DNA of 64,000 nt from an uncultured Candidatus Entotheonella sp. (GCA_965215335.1 CBDCDA010000001.1:1312001-1376000); one strand, 5' to 3'. Shown: positions 39,497 to 49,771, counted from the first letter of the stretch. Numbers and translations are program-made. The notes: generated from the sequence alone by a model not told the origin.

Positions 39497-39645
39497 GCGC
39501 CGGCAGCGTTTGCAAGCTGGTGCACAACATGATCGGCCACGGCGTGCGGCAGGCCATCGCCGAGGGCCTGACCCTGGTGGTGAGGCCGGTGTCGAGGCCG
39601 AGGCGCTGTGGCAGTGCGTGCGGCGCGGCGCCCTGGGCCGCATGA
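38536..39645 (+). CDS. IS481-family transposase; no stop inside the IS, so it reads into flanking DNA
   Basis: HTH GINPKTVRKWRKR, rve-type GYFHVD...TDDGIEF...HPWTN; GGAGG RBS. The usual third acidic residue appears substituted (NAQAKR), so activity is doubtful. Confidence 0.85.
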   Translation: MGKVLHGGATTTHAVRKAIQRSKAALKELSQTCGINPKTVRKWRKRNSVEDHKTGPGQPRSTLLGEDEEALIVAFRRHTLLPLDDCLHALKPTLPHLTRSSLHRCLRRHDISRLPLEEGDKPEKKRFRRYPIGYFHVDIAELRTAEGKLHRFIAIDRTSKFAFAILVERATTKGAAAFLDDLVAAVPCQVHTVLTDDGIEFADLARNRSGATARLRGHLFERACRRHGIEHRLTQPNHPWTNAQAKRLNRTVEEATVKRFHYESHARLRSHLDDFLSAYNFARRLKTLRGLTPYEYICKVWTSEPQRFRVEPNHLIPGPYSAGSVCKLVHNMIGHGVRQAIAEGLTLVVRPVSRPRRCGSACGAAPWAA

Positions 39646-39953
39646 GCAGCCTGCACGAGGGCATGCGCACGGTATTGCGCGGCACCTTCGAGCCGCCCAG
39701 CTTTGCCCTAGCCCTGGCGAGAAAGAATATCTCGCTGGCCACCGAACTGGGTCGCGAGTTCGACGTGCCGATGTCACTGGCCAACCTCGCCGAGCAAACG
39801 GCCATCGAGGGCCTGAACCGCGACTGGGGGGACCTGGACAGCAGCATCACCTTCCTGCTGAAGGAGGAGGCCGCCGGCGTGGAAGTGCGCGCCCCGCAGG
39901 TCGATGTCGAGAGCGCCGTGCGATTCATCTCGACACACCCGGACGCGAAATGA
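39497..39953 (+). pseudogene. C-terminal remnant of a 3-hydroxyisobutyrate/6-phosphogluconate dehydrogenase-family gene
   Basis: AGSVCKLVHN...AEGLTL, frameshift, then AGV...F.LALARK; N-terminus missing at the IS481 end. Confidence 0.75.
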
Positions 39954-40846
39954 CGGCGGTGCGCGACTACGTGGATACCTTCGGGCGCACCGTACGGGTG
40001 CCGGACGACCCGCGTCGCCTCGTTTCGCTCGTGCCCAGCCTTACCGAAATCCTGTTCGACTTCGGCCGCGGCGAACAGGTCGTGGCGCTGACCGATTACT
40101 GCATCGAGCCCGCCGCCGGGATTGCCGGCAGGACAACCATCGGCGGCACCAAGAACCCGGACGTGGCGGCCATCATCGACCTGCAGCCGGACCTGGCGCT
40201 GGCGGTGGCCGAGGAGAACCGTCGCGTCGATATCGACCGTCTGGCTGCCGCTGGCGTGCCGGTGTACGTCTTCGAGCCACGCACCGTGCGGGACGGCATC
40301 GACCTGCTGTGGCGGGTGGCCGAGCTGCTCGGCTGCCGCGCAGAGGTCGCCGAACGCCTCGAAGCCATCGAACACGAGCTTGCCGACACCGAGGCCATCA
40401 CTGCCACACGACCGCCCGTGCGGGTGTTCTGTCCGATCTGGAAGGACCCGTACATGACCATCAACCACGATACCTACGTCCACGCCATGCTGTCGGCCTG
40501 CGGCGGCGACAACGTGTTTGCCGACCGCCGGCGCCGCTTCCCGCTCGCCGCCGACCTGGTCAGCCAGCCAGAAGCCGAGGACCCGCGGCACGAGGGGCGC
40601 GACCGCCGCTATCCACGCGTCAGCCTGGACGAAATGGCCGCCTACCGCCCCCAAGTCATCCTGCTGCCCGATGAGCCCTACCCGTTCAGCGACGCCGACC
40701 TGCCCGATTTCACGCCCTTCACCGACGTGCCGGCGGTGCGCGACGGGCGCGTTCACCTCATCGACGGCAAGATCGTCAGTTGGTACGGGCCGCGCATCGG
40801 CCGCAGCCTGCGCGCCTTGCGCCGCTTGTTGCACCCTGGAGTATAA
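39950..40846 (+). CDS. Helical-backbone metal/cobalamin-binding protein (BtuF-like), no signal peptide
   Basis: RRLVSLVPSLTE, IGGTKNP, PDL....EEN, LPDEPYPF, SWYGPR. Confidence 0.85.
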   Translation: MTAVRDYVDTFGRTVRVPDDPRRLVSLVPSLTEILFDFGRGEQVVALTDYCIEPAAGIAGRTTIGGTKNPDVAAIIDLQPDLALAVAEENRRVDIDRLAAAGVPVYVFEPRTVRDGIDLLWRVAELLGCRAEVAERLEAIEHELADTEAITATRPPVRVFCPIWKDPYMTINHDTYVHAMLSACGGDNVFADRRRRFPLAADLVSQPEAEDPRHEGRDRRYPRVSLDEMAAYRPQVILLPDEPYPFSDADLPDFTPFTDVPAVRDGRVHLIDGKIVSWYGPRIGRSLRALRRLLHPGV

Positions 40847-40903
40847 TCCCGCCCTGCGGCGTTTTGATTCGGGAACCTGAACTTGCCCGGTGGTATCTGA
40901 CTA

Positions 40904-41746
40904 GGCTCAGGACCTATAAAGGGTTATCATTGGTCATGCAGGATTCAAGACCCTGACTTCATAAGGAGGTTCATCATGCCCGATCACTGCTTCTGGCTAT
41001 CCGACGTGCAGTTTGCCCGCCTGAAACCCCTGCTACCCAACAAGGTGCGGGGGGTCCCACGCGTCGATGACCGAAAAGTCATCAGCGGCATCATCCACGT
41101 CATTCGATACGGTCTGATGTGGCGCCACGCGCCCGCCTGCTACGGTCCCCACAAGACGCTCTACAACCGCTTCGTGCGCTGGAGCAAGGCCGGTGTCTTC
41201 GACCGCATCTTCCAAACCCTGGCCGCCGACAGCACGGCCACCGAGACCGTCATGATCGACAGCACGCATCTCAAGGCGCATCGCACCGCTGCCAGCCTGC
41301 TTGAGGGGGGGCTTTTCCGCGTCATATCGGGCGTACCCGAGGCGGCCTCAACTCGAAACTTCACGCCGTCTGCGACGGCGACGGCAAGCCCGTCGTCATG
41401 GTGTTGACTGCGGGCCAGGTCAGCGACTATCGCGGGGCAGACATGGCGCTGCCCGCATTGCCGGAGGCCGACGTGCTGATTGCCGACAAGGGTTATGACA
41501 GCAACCGGCTGCGCAAGGCGCTTGCCGAGCGCAAGATCAAGCCCTGTATTCCAGGCCGTGCCAATCGTAAAGAGCCGATTGTCTACGACACGGAGCTTTA
41601 CAAGAGCCGTAATCTCATCGAGCGCCTGTTCGGTCGTCTCAAGGATTGGCGTCGCATCGCCACGCGCTATGACCGGTGTGCGCACACCTTTTTCAGTGCC
41701 ATCTGCCTTGCTGCCACGGTCATCTTCTGGATATGAGTCCTGAACC
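40904..41746 (+). mobile_element. IS5-family insertion sequence, copy 2 (843 bp; transposase 40976-41736, frameshifted)
   Basis: Same ends as copy 1, TA duplication in CTAG context. Confidence 0.92.
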
Positions 41747-41761
41747 TAGAAGGAGATCACA

Positions 41762-42466
41762 ATGTACGCTCCAAGCTACGCGCAGCCGGTGGTGTACGCC
41801 GACGCCAGCCTGCGCGCCACGTTCATCCGGCGTACCTACAATCACCTAGCGGGCGCCGTACTGGCCTTCATTGGGGTGGAAGCGCTGCTGCTGCAATGGT
41901 CCGGGGCGGAGGCGCTCGTCGGCGCCATGCTCGGCGGCTTTTCGTGGCTGATCGTCCTGGCGGCGTTCATGGGGGTGTCGTGGCTGGCCGAGAAATGGGC
42001 GCGGTCCGACGCCTCGCCGCAGATGCAATACATGGGGCTGGGGCTCTACGTGGTGGCGGAGGCGGTGATCTTCCTGCCCTTGCTCTACATCGCGGCCTAT
42101 TTCAGCTCGCCGGACGTCATCCCGACGGCCGGCATCATCACCGCGCTGCTGTTCGGCGGCCTGACGCTGGTGGCCTTCACTACCGGGCATGATTTCTCCT
42201 TTCTCGGCGGTCTGCTGAAGGTCGGCGGCTTCGTTGCCCTTGGGGTGATCGTGGCGAGTATCCTGTTCGGCTTCAGCCTAGGACTGTTTTTCGTCGGCCT
42301 GATGATTCTGTTCGCCGCCGGCACAATTCTCTACAACACCTCGAACGTCATGCACCACTACCACACGGACCAGCACGTGGCGGCGTCGCTGGCGCTGTTC
42401 GCCTCGGTCGCGCTGCTGTTCTGGTACGTCCTGCAAGCGGTCATGGCCTTCACGTCCGATGAATAA
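41762..42466 (+). CDS. Bax inhibitor-1/YccA-family membrane protein
   Basis: [12 protein letters not shown], about 7 [20 protein letters not shown]. Confidence 0.88.
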   Translation: MYAPSYAQPVVYADASLRATFIRRTYNHLAGAVLAFIGVEALLLQWSGAEALVGAMLGGFSWLIVLAAFMGVSWLAEKWARSDASPQMQYMGLGLYVVAEAVIFLPLLYIAAYFSSPDVIPTAGIITALLFGGLTLVAFTTGHDFSFLGGLLKVGGFVALGVIVASILFGFSLGLFFVGLMILFAAGTILYNTSNVMHHYHTDQHVAASLALFASVALLFWYVLQAVMAFTSDE

Positions 42467-42493
42467 AGCAGCCCGGGAGCAAGGGGAGACGGT

Positions 42494-43240
42494 ATGCGAT
42501 TAGCAGGCAAAGTGGCATTGATCAGCGGGGCCGGCGGCGGCATGGGGGCCGAGGAAGCGCGGCTGTTTGCCCGCGAGGGCGCCAAGGTCATTATCGCGGA
42601 CGTGCTGGAAGATGAGGGCCGCCAGGTCGAGACGGAGATTCGTGGCGCCGGCGGGGAAGCGGTGTTCGTGCCTGTGGACGTGACCCGCGAGGCCGACTGG
42701 GAACAGGCGGTGGGCACCGCCGTGCAGCGCTTCGGCAAGCTCGACGTGCTGGTGAACAACGCCGGCCTGAGCAGCACATCGGTAGACGACCCGCTGGAGA
42801 CGGCGGGCTGGCACCGCATCATGCAGGTGAACACCACCGGCGTGTTCCTGGGCACCCGGTTCACCATTCCCGCGATGCAGTCCGCAGGCGGCGGCTCGAT
42901 CGTCAACATCTCCTCGATCATGGGTTTCGTGGGCGGCGAGTCCGGCCACCCGGCCTACCACGCCTCCAAGGGCGCCGTGCGTATCTTCACCAAGGCCATC
43001 GCCGTGCAGTATGGCCCCGACAACATCCGCGCCAATTCCATCCACCCCGGCTTCATGCCGCCCATGCGCTCGTCCCGCCAGACGGCCACGGAACGAGATG
43101 CCCGCATCGCGGACACGCCCTTGCGCCGCACCGGCAAGCTCATCGAGGTAGCCAATGGGGTACTGTTCCTGGCCTCGGACGAGGCGTCCTTCATTACGGG
43201 TACCGAGCTGGTCATCGATGGCGGCTACATCGCCAGATAA
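42494..43240 (+). CDS. Short-chain dehydrogenase/reductase
   Basis: [26 protein letters not shown]. Confidence 0.92.
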   Translation: MRLAGKVALISGAGGGMGAEEARLFAREGAKVIIADVLEDEGRQVETEIRGAGGEAVFVPVDVTREADWEQAVGTAVQRFGKLDVLVNNAGLSSTSVDDPLETAGWHRIMQVNTTGVFLGTRFTIPAMQSAGGGSIVNISSIMGFVGGESGHPAYHASKGAVRIFTKAIAVQYGPDNIRANSIHPGFMPPMRSSRQTATERDARIADTPLRRTGKLIEVANGVLFLASDEASFITGTELVIDGGYIAR

Positions 43241-43250
43241 CGCCAGGGTC

Positions 43251-45059
43251 TCAGGGGCTCCGCAGCGGGTCCCTGAGGCTGCGCACAAAACGGATGAGCT
43301 GCCAGCGCTCGGTGTCCGACAGCGTGCCCTCGAAGCCGGGCATCGTCGTTCCCGCCATGCCGTATGCCAGCCACCAGAAAATATCGCCGTCGGTGTGATC
43401 ATCAACGTGGTCTGCCGTCAGGTCAGCGGGAGGCGCACTGAGGGCCGCGGCTGCCGGCCCGTCGCCGCGTCCCGTCTGGCCGTGGCAGGGCGTGCAGTGC
43501 GTGCGGAACAGGGCTGCGCCTTGCGCCACCACGGCGGGGTCAGGCGGCATCGGGTTCGTCACGTAGGACGTGGGATAGGCGTCGACGAGCACAACGCGCA
43601 GGCAGAGCGCCGCGCCGCAGGCGAACAGCGCCAGGCCAACGGGGGTCGTCCATAGCGGCAGCCGGCGACGCTGGCTGGTCCATAGCGTGAAGACGGCCAG
43701 GGCGGCCAGCAGCACGCCGAGCACGCACGACAGGATGTTCAGCGGGGAAAACGTCACGGCGGCCAATTCGACACGGCGCAGGCGCCCGAGATCGAGCGCC
43801 CCGGTGTCGGCGGTGAAGCCCACTGTGGTGCGCATGGCGGCGGACGCGGGTGGCTGCACGGTTACCTGAACCTGCCAGTCTCCGGCCATGGAGACGAGCC
43901 CGGCAACGGCGTAGCGTCCGGGACCGACGGGCTCGGCGGTCACGTCCGACAGGCCCATGTCGTGATCGACCATTCGCATGTATAGCGAAACGGTGCTGCC
44001 GGGCGGCAGCGGTTGGCCGTTTCGTGCCGACAGGGTGACGTCGAAGGCCACCCCGCCGATGTCGTTCGTCGGCGCCATGGCAAGGTGCATGTCCATGGGT
44101 CCGACGCGCCGTTGCCAGTCCTGGCGCACGATGTGTCCGGGCCGCTCGGCGGGCGTGCAGGTGGTGAGCACGCCGGCCAGCACCATGCCGCACAGAACGA
44201 GGCCGGCCTCGATCCGGACCAGAACCTGCAGGTTACGGACGTTGTGCGCGGCGCTGTCGGGTGCAACGCGCCGCGTCTGCCGGGTCAGCGCCGGGCTGAT
44301 GACCAGGAGGTGCACGCCGGCGATGCCCAAGGCGAGCGCGAAGGCGATCAGCTTGCCCAGCAGGGCGCGCCCGTAAGGGGTGATGGTCAACGCTTCGGGT
44401 CCGTAGACGTGCAGGAAGGTGGCAATGGCGCCCGTGGTAGCCACGGTCAGGGTGGCGCCGAGTGCCAGCGCCGAAAAGCGCCGCACGAGCCGGCCAATGA
44501 GGCGTGTGTGATGGACGAGGTCACCGCGCAACAGGCGCCAGGGCAAGGCAGCGAAATACAGCAAGCCACCGCCCCAAACGACTGCGGCCAGGACGTGCAC
44601 GATATCACTGATGAACGGGAGGACATCGGCTCGCGCCGCCGCATGGCTGGTCTGGCTGACGGCACCCGCGAGCGCCAGCCCAATGGCGCCCGTGCACACC
44701 GCCCCGGTTTTGCAGGCTCGCTGCTGTATCATCAGGAACAGGGCGGTAAACAGCGGCGCGAGGGCCACTTTGAGCAAGGCCATCTGCCCGTAACGCGATG
44801 CCGTCAGGAACAGCCACACGTCCGACGGCATCGATACGTCGACCACTTCGCCCGCGGCCCGTACCCCCGCCGCAAGCCCGGACAACACGAACAGGACCGC
44901 GCCACCAACGACCCCGAACCGGATGCGCTTCGCTGCCCGCGCCGCGGTAGCATCGTCAGCACCGCCGCATACCGGCCGCCATATCACAAGCCAGAACACC
45001 ACGCCGCCACCCAACGCCATGAGCGCAGCAAAATGAACGGCTTTCAGAACGGCAACCAT
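43251..45059 (-). CDS. CopD-domain / YtkA(FixH)-like / cytochrome c fusion protein
   Basis: CopD SHAA...H.LAA..WGGGL...YG..L..K; MVDHDMG...MAGDW; CTPCH with MPGF. Confidence 0.82.
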   Translation of the reverse strand: MVAVLKAVHFAALMALGGGVVFWLVIWRPVCGGADDATAARAAKRIRFGVVGGAVLFVLSGLAAGVRAAGEVVDVSMPSDVWLFLTASRYGQMALLKVALAPLFTALFLMIQQRACKTGAVCTGAIGLALAGAVSQTSHAAARADVLPFISDIVHVLAAVVWGGGLLYFAALPWRLLRGDLVHHTRLIGRLVRRFSALALGATLTVATTGAIATFLHVYGPEALTITPYGRALLGKLIAFALALGIAGVHLLVISPALTRQTRRVAPDSAAHNVRNLQVLVRIEAGLVLCGMVLAGVLTTCTPAERPGHIVRQDWQRRVGPMDMHLAMAPTNDIGGVAFDVTLSARNGQPLPPGSTVSLYMRMVDHDMGLSDVTAEPVGPGRYAVAGLVSMAGDWQVQVTVQPPASAAMRTTVGFTADTGALDLGRLRRVELAAVTFSPLNILSCVLGVLLAALAVFTLWTSQRRRLPLWTTPVGLALFACGAALCLRVVLVDAYPTSYVTNPMPPDPAVVAQGAALFRTHCTPCHGQTGRGDGPAAAALSAPPADLTADHVDDHTDGDIFWWLAYGMAGTTMPGFEGTLSDTERWQLIRFVRSLRDPLRSP

Positions 45060-45291
45060 GGCTGGACTGCACCAGGGGACTGCGGGAATTGTGGCTTCAC
45101 GAAAGGATTCGGATGAGCACGGACGCTACCGACTCCCCTCGGTCCTGTCAAGCGCCTCATAACATGCCATAATGTACGAGCCGTGCAGGTCGGATGAGAG
45201 ACAGCGAGTCGGAAGCCGGGTTACGCCTGTGGCGAACCCGATCTGCAACGCTTGCCCTGAACCCTCAAACGCCCAAGGACGCCTTGCTCTA

Positions 45292-45873
45292 ATGGCCCCT
45301 TTTTCGAGACGCTTTTTCGTCGCATTCGCCGTTGTGCTCAGCCTCGTCCTGGCCGGCTGCAACACGCCCTCGGATTCAAACGATGCCAACCCCACCGGCA
45401 CCCTGGAAATCCACCTCACCGACCACCGCGAGGCCATCGGCGATTTCGCCCGTCTCGACATGGAAATCGACACGGTGCGCCTGCACCCCAAGCGTCTTTT
45501 GCCGCTGCGCAAGTCCGACTGGCTTGATCTGCAGCCCGCCGTGGCCAGCGTCGACCTGACGCAATACACCGAAAAGCGCACGGTCGCCATCTGGCGCGGC
45601 GCGTTGCCGACCGGGCGCTTTGAAGCCCTCCACCTCAAGCTCAAACACGCCGGCGGTGAGCTTAAGGAATCCGCCGAAACCGTGCCCGTGGCCGACCAGG
45701 CAGGCCCCATTCGCCTGCCGTTCGACATCCGCCCGCACGACGTCACCCGCGTCGTCGTCGACCTCGTCGTCCTCGACATGAGCGACCACCCGAACCGCGG
45801 CTACGAGGTGCACGTGCGCGGCTACGAGCTTTATTACAACGATGCCCCGGTCGAAAAGGTGCCGCCGGGGTAA
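45292..45873 (+). CDS. Lipoprotein, DUF4382-like
   Basis: LAGC lipobox, GTLEIHLTD, VDLT. Confidence 0.6.
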   Translation: MAPFSRRFFVAFAVVLSLVLAGCNTPSDSNDANPTGTLEIHLTDHREAIGDFARLDMEIDTVRLHPKRLLPLRKSDWLDLQPAVASVDLTQYTEKRTVAIWRGALPTGRFEALHLKLKHAGGELKESAETVPVADQAGPIRLPFDIRPHDVTRVVVDLVVLDMSDHPNRGYEVHVRGYELYYNDAPVEKVPPG

Positions 45874-45902
45874 ACCGTCAACCGCTGCCGTGGAGACCGG
45901 GA

Positions 45903-46532
45903 ATGCAGCGTTTTTGGGTGCCGTTGCTCATCGTAGTCGTCGGCGTGGCGAGCGCTTTCCTGTGGGCGGACCTGTTCCGCTTTGCCCGGCAGTCGTCCGT
46001 GCCGGCGCTGCCGCCGCTCGGCACGCTGCCGGCCTTCGAGCTGACCGAACGCCGTCAAGCACCGCTGCGCCTCGACGACCTGCGCGGAAAGGTGTGGGTA
46101 GCGGACTTCATGTACACGTCGTGCGTCGAGATATGTCCGCTGCAGAGCGCCGAGATGGCGCGATTGCAGGCGGCGTTCGCCGACCACGCAGACCTGCGTC
46201 TGGTGTCGATCAGCGTCGATCCCGAGCGCGACACGCCTGTGGTACTGTCTGCCTATGCCGAGAAATTTCAGGCCGACCCGGAGCGTTGGCTCTTCGCCAC
46301 CGGCGAGCCGGACGCCGTCGCCCGCCTGGCACAGGAGGGCTTCCGGCTGAGCGCCGCGTCCTACGCGCCCACGGACGATGGTGCGGACCATACGTTTATT
46401 CACAGCAACCGCTTCGTCCTGGTCGACCGCCAGGGCCGCATTCGCGGTTATTATCGAAGCACGGACCCCGACGATCTGGTACGGCTGCGGCGTGACCTCG
46501 CGGTGCTGCTGCAACAGGCCGCCGCGTCATGA
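45903..46532 (+). CDS. SCO1/SenC copper chaperone
   Basis: FMYTSCVEICP, SVDPERDTP, HSNRFVLVD. Confidence 0.92.
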   Translation: MQRFWVPLLIVVVGVASAFLWADLFRFARQSSVPALPPLGTLPAFELTERRQAPLRLDDLRGKVWVADFMYTSCVEICPLQSAEMARLQAAFADHADLRLVSISVDPERDTPVVLSAYAEKFQADPERWLFATGEPDAVARLAQEGFRLSAASYAPTDDGADHTFIHSNRFVLVDRQGRIRGYYRSTDPDDLVRLRRDLAVLLQQAAAS

Positions 46533-46565
46533 GCCGCCGTTCATGAGTGGCGATAAGGAGATGCG

Positions 46566-47075
46566 ATGCAAGCTGAGGACCTGCGCGCCATGCAGGCGCC
46601 CTTCAAACAACGCTACCGCGAGGCGCCCGAGTCGGCGCTGATTACGTTGTCGGCGCGCGGCAACCTGGACGTCGGCCTGACGTGCTCGGTGGAAACGGGC
46701 AAGGCCCTCGTGCAGGCCGGCTTGCATCCCGCCACCGGCGGTGACGGCCTGTCGGCGTGCTCCGGCGACATGCTGTTGCAGGCGCTGGTCGCCTGCGCCG
46801 GTGTCACCCTGCGGGCGGTGGCCACGGCGCTGGGCGTGCCGCTGCGCAGCGGCACGCTGGTGGCTGAAGGGGAGTTGGACTTTCGCGGCACCCTGGGCGT
46901 GAGCAAAGAGGCGCCGGTAGGATTTTCGAATATCCGCCTGCACTTCGACCTCGACACGGACGCCACGCCAGAGCAACTGCGTAGCCTGCTATCGCTGACC
47001 GAGCGATATTGCGTGGTGTATCAAACGCTGCGTCGCCAGCCGGACGTCGCCGTCAAGCTCGTCAATCCTGCCTGA
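46566..47075 (+). CDS. OsmC/Ohr-family peroxiredoxin-like protein
   Basis: ACSGDMLLQALVAC...LDFRGTLGV...ERYCVV. Confidence 0.88.
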   Translation: MQAEDLRAMQAPFKQRYREAPESALITLSARGNLDVGLTCSVETGKALVQAGLHPATGGDGLSACSGDMLLQALVACAGVTLRAVATALGVPLRSGTLVAEGELDFRGTLGVSKEAPVGFSNIRLHFDLDTDATPEQLRSLLSLTERYCVVYQTLRRQPDVAVKLVNPA

Positions 47076-47112
47076 ACGCAAACAGGGGGGACAGCGCTCA
47101 GGCCGTTCCCCC

Positions 47113-48376
47113 CAGGGCAATCGACTGAACAGCGTCACTTGGTGAGGAGTGAGTAGAGGAAGTCCTCATTCCATGCCGCGAGGTGACGACTGGATCGCAT
47201 GCTGTGCTTGCCCTTGCCTCGCCGCAGCAGATTGCTGGCTATATGCTTGATGGTGACGAAGTTGGCCGGTGCGTTCTGGCTTCGTATGCGGCACTCATCG
47301 TCCCGAAATACCATGTCCATCACCCAGTGCAGCCCATTCTCGACCCCCCAGTGGCTGCGCACTGCCTGCCCGATCTGCTGCGCGTCGCCAGGCAGCGAAC
47401 TGATGTAGTACCGCGTCTCCTGTTCGACCTTACCCTCGACTAGCAACTCACGCCGGCTGTCCACCTTGGCGATGCTGCGCAGTCCCGGCCAATCGTGGCT
47501 GTCCTGCAGCCACGCGATCTGCTCAGTCGCTACCACACGCCGCGTCTCCAGGCGTCCATGGTTCTTCTCGACGTGACGATGAACGGTGACCTCGTGCCCG
47601 GCGAAGCCGCCCTGCGGGTCGTCAAGCAGCAACGCCACGTCCTCGTGCAGGGTCCCCTGATTTCCTTTCAGCCCTAATACATAATTAATCCGCTTCCTGG
47701 TCGATGATCCGGGCGGCGATGGCACGCTGCGTACCCATCGCATCGAGGCTCACGACCGCACCCCGTAGCCCCAGCAACTCCAGCAACTTCGGGATCGCGG
47801 TGATCTCGTTGGACTTCGGGTCCACCTGGCGTTGCCCCAACACCATCCGCTGGCGCGAACTCCACGCTGAGATCATATGGATCGGCCCCTGCCCGGCAGC
47901 GTGGTCGAACGAGCGCCGCAAGGTCTTGCCGTCCACCGCCACCACCCCGCGAACCGCCTCCGTGAATCGCTCCACCCAGGCGATGAAACACCGCTGAAAC
48001 TGTTCGGCATCCAGCTTGGCGAACAGGATCCCCAGTTGGTCATGCGACGGGGTGCCGTGCTCGAACGGCAAGAAGCGACGCAGGAACTCCAGCCGCTGCT
48101 GGCCATAGAGGGCGATCTCAACCCAGCAATCGGCGCCGCTGAGCACCGCGCACAGACACAGCAGCAGGATCTCCTCCAGCGGATAGAGCACCTTGGCCTG
48201 TTGGCGTGAGTCTTCCAGGTCGGCGAAACTGTCCAAGAACTCGATGGTGTGATCGGAATCTACGCAATCCACGGTCATCTCTTTGTCCCTCCTAGAGCTA
48301 TGCTATCGCTCTATCAGAGAATACCGATCAGATCACGCCTGTCATCCCCCCGGAAAAAATTCAGTCGATTGCCCTG
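47113..48376 (-). mobile_element. ISAs1-family IS with 17-bp TIRs and 10-bp target duplication
   Basis: CAGGGCAATCGACTGAA / TTCAGTCGATTGCCCTG; TSD CCGTTCCCCC at 47103-47112 and 48377-48386. Confidence 0.93.
47135..48278 (-). pseudogene. ISAs1 transposase broken by a 4-bp duplication at 47682-47689
   Basis: AVDGKTLR, KSNEITAIP, LDAMGTQ, frameshift, YVLGLKGNQ, HGRLETR, RSHWGVENGLHW. Confidence 0.88.
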
Positions 48377-48449
48377 CCGTTCCCCCTGTTTCAGCATGCG
48401 GAATGTCGGAACACACTGCGCGAATCCGACCTGCATCTATCCAAAATAC

Positions 48450-49343
48450 CTACGCCACGGTCACTTTGGACAGACCCAACTCGGCGATGCGGTTGAGCAC
48501 GGTCTCGCGCTCCGCATCGGTGAGCGGCAGGCCGGGCGGCCGCGGCTCGCCGCAGTCGATGCCGAGACGCTCGCTGAGCACCGCCTTGATGGTGCTGTGC
48601 AGGCCGTATGTGCGCACGATGTTGGTGACGTCGGTGGCGTGATCCTGGGCAGCCGCGGCGCGCTTCAGGTCGCCGTCCTGGTACGCCTGCCAGATGTCGA
48701 TCCACAATTCGGGCGCCATGTTGGGCGGGCCGTCCACGCAGCCGCAGGCGCCCACAGTGAGTCCGGGCAGCATGAGGGCGCTGTTGCCGACGAAGCAGGC
48801 GAGGCCCATCTTGACGAATTCGCGCACGTTGGTAAAGGTGAGGGCGGAGTGCTTCAGGCCGGTGAGCTGCGGCACGCCGTCCTGAATTTTCTTCATCAGG
48901 TCGGGCATGATCTCGGTGCCGGTGGCTTGCGGCAGGTTGTAGACGAACAGCGGCAGGTCGGCGGCCGCGGCCACGACGCGGTAGTGCTCGACGATGGCTT
49001 CATCGCTGGGTTTGTAGAAAAAGGGCGGCACGCAGCAGATGGCTTCAACGCCGGCGCGGGCAGCGTGCTCGGCGAGGCGGGCGGCACGCGCGGTGGTGGT
49101 GGCGCCCACGTGCATGATGTTGGCGATGCGGCCCCGGGACTGATCGGCAGCGATGGTGGCAACGCGCATGTTCTCGTCATCGTCCAGCAGCACGCTCTCA
49201 CCCGTGCCGCCCGCCACCCAGAAGCCGTGCACGCCGGCCTGAATGTTGAATTCCATTACCTCCCGAAAGGCCGCCTCGTTCAGCGCTCCGTCCGGGGTCA
49301 TAGGGGTGATAATGGCAGGGAACACCCCGCGAAACGTCGTCAT
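48450..49343 (-). CDS. Dihydrodipicolinate synthase / N-acetylneuraminate lyase family aldolase
   Basis: GVFPAIITP, AGGTGE, YNLPQATG, GLKHS (Schiff-base Lys). Confidence 0.9.
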   Translation of the reverse strand: MTTFRGVFPAIITPMTPDGALNEAAFREVMEFNIQAGVHGFWVAGGTGESVLLDDDENMRVATIAADQSRGRIANIMHVGATTTARAARLAEHAARAGVEAICCVPPFFYKPSDEAIVEHYRVVAAAADLPLFVYNLPQATGTEIMPDLMKKIQDGVPQLTGLKHSALTFTNVREFVKMGLACFVGNSALMLPGLTVGACGCVDGPPNMAPELWIDIWQAYQDGDLKRAAAAQDHATDVTNIVRTYGLHSTIKAVLSERLGIDCGEPRPPGLPLTDAERETVLNRIAELGLSKVTVA

Positions 49344-49429
49344 GTTACGTCTCCCTCGCCCGGCTCTTCGGGCGCTATGGATCATGGTGTGAAGCCATCG
49401 GTATACGCTTGTCGTGGCTTTGGTAAACC

Positions 49430-49771
49430 TTAACATGCCGGGGTGCGGCTATCCATAACGGCAGGCCGCTGGCACCTGGCGACGTCGTGCGTTTTCCAAT
49501 CCGGAACGTAAGCCGTCATCAGCGCCTTGAACAGCCTGCCGTGGTTGGGCACCCGCAGGTGCAGCAATTCGTGCGCGATAATGAAGTCCTGAAAGCCAGA
49601 CTCGTGATCGGCCAAGTCGGCGGCGAGGGTCAGAACGCCCGACGTGGAGCAGGATCCCCACTTGCGGGTCATGCGCCGGACGCGAATCAGACGCGGGCGC
49701 ACGTTCAAGCGCCGCGCCCAGGTTTCCACGCGCTCGCAGACGGCCTTGCGGCGCTCGTCAGGCGTCCGCAT
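49430..49771 (-). CDS. Small M48/YgjP (SprT-like) zinc metallopeptidase
   Basis: M.RKWGSCS, HELLHL..PNH...F; typical companion downstream of hsdR. Confidence 0.8.
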   Translation of the reverse strand: MRTPDERRKAVCERVETWARRLNVRPRLIRVRRMTRKWGSCSTSGVLTLAADLADHESGFQDFIIAHELLHLRVPNHGRLFKALMTAYVPDWKTHDVARCQRPAVMDSRTPAC

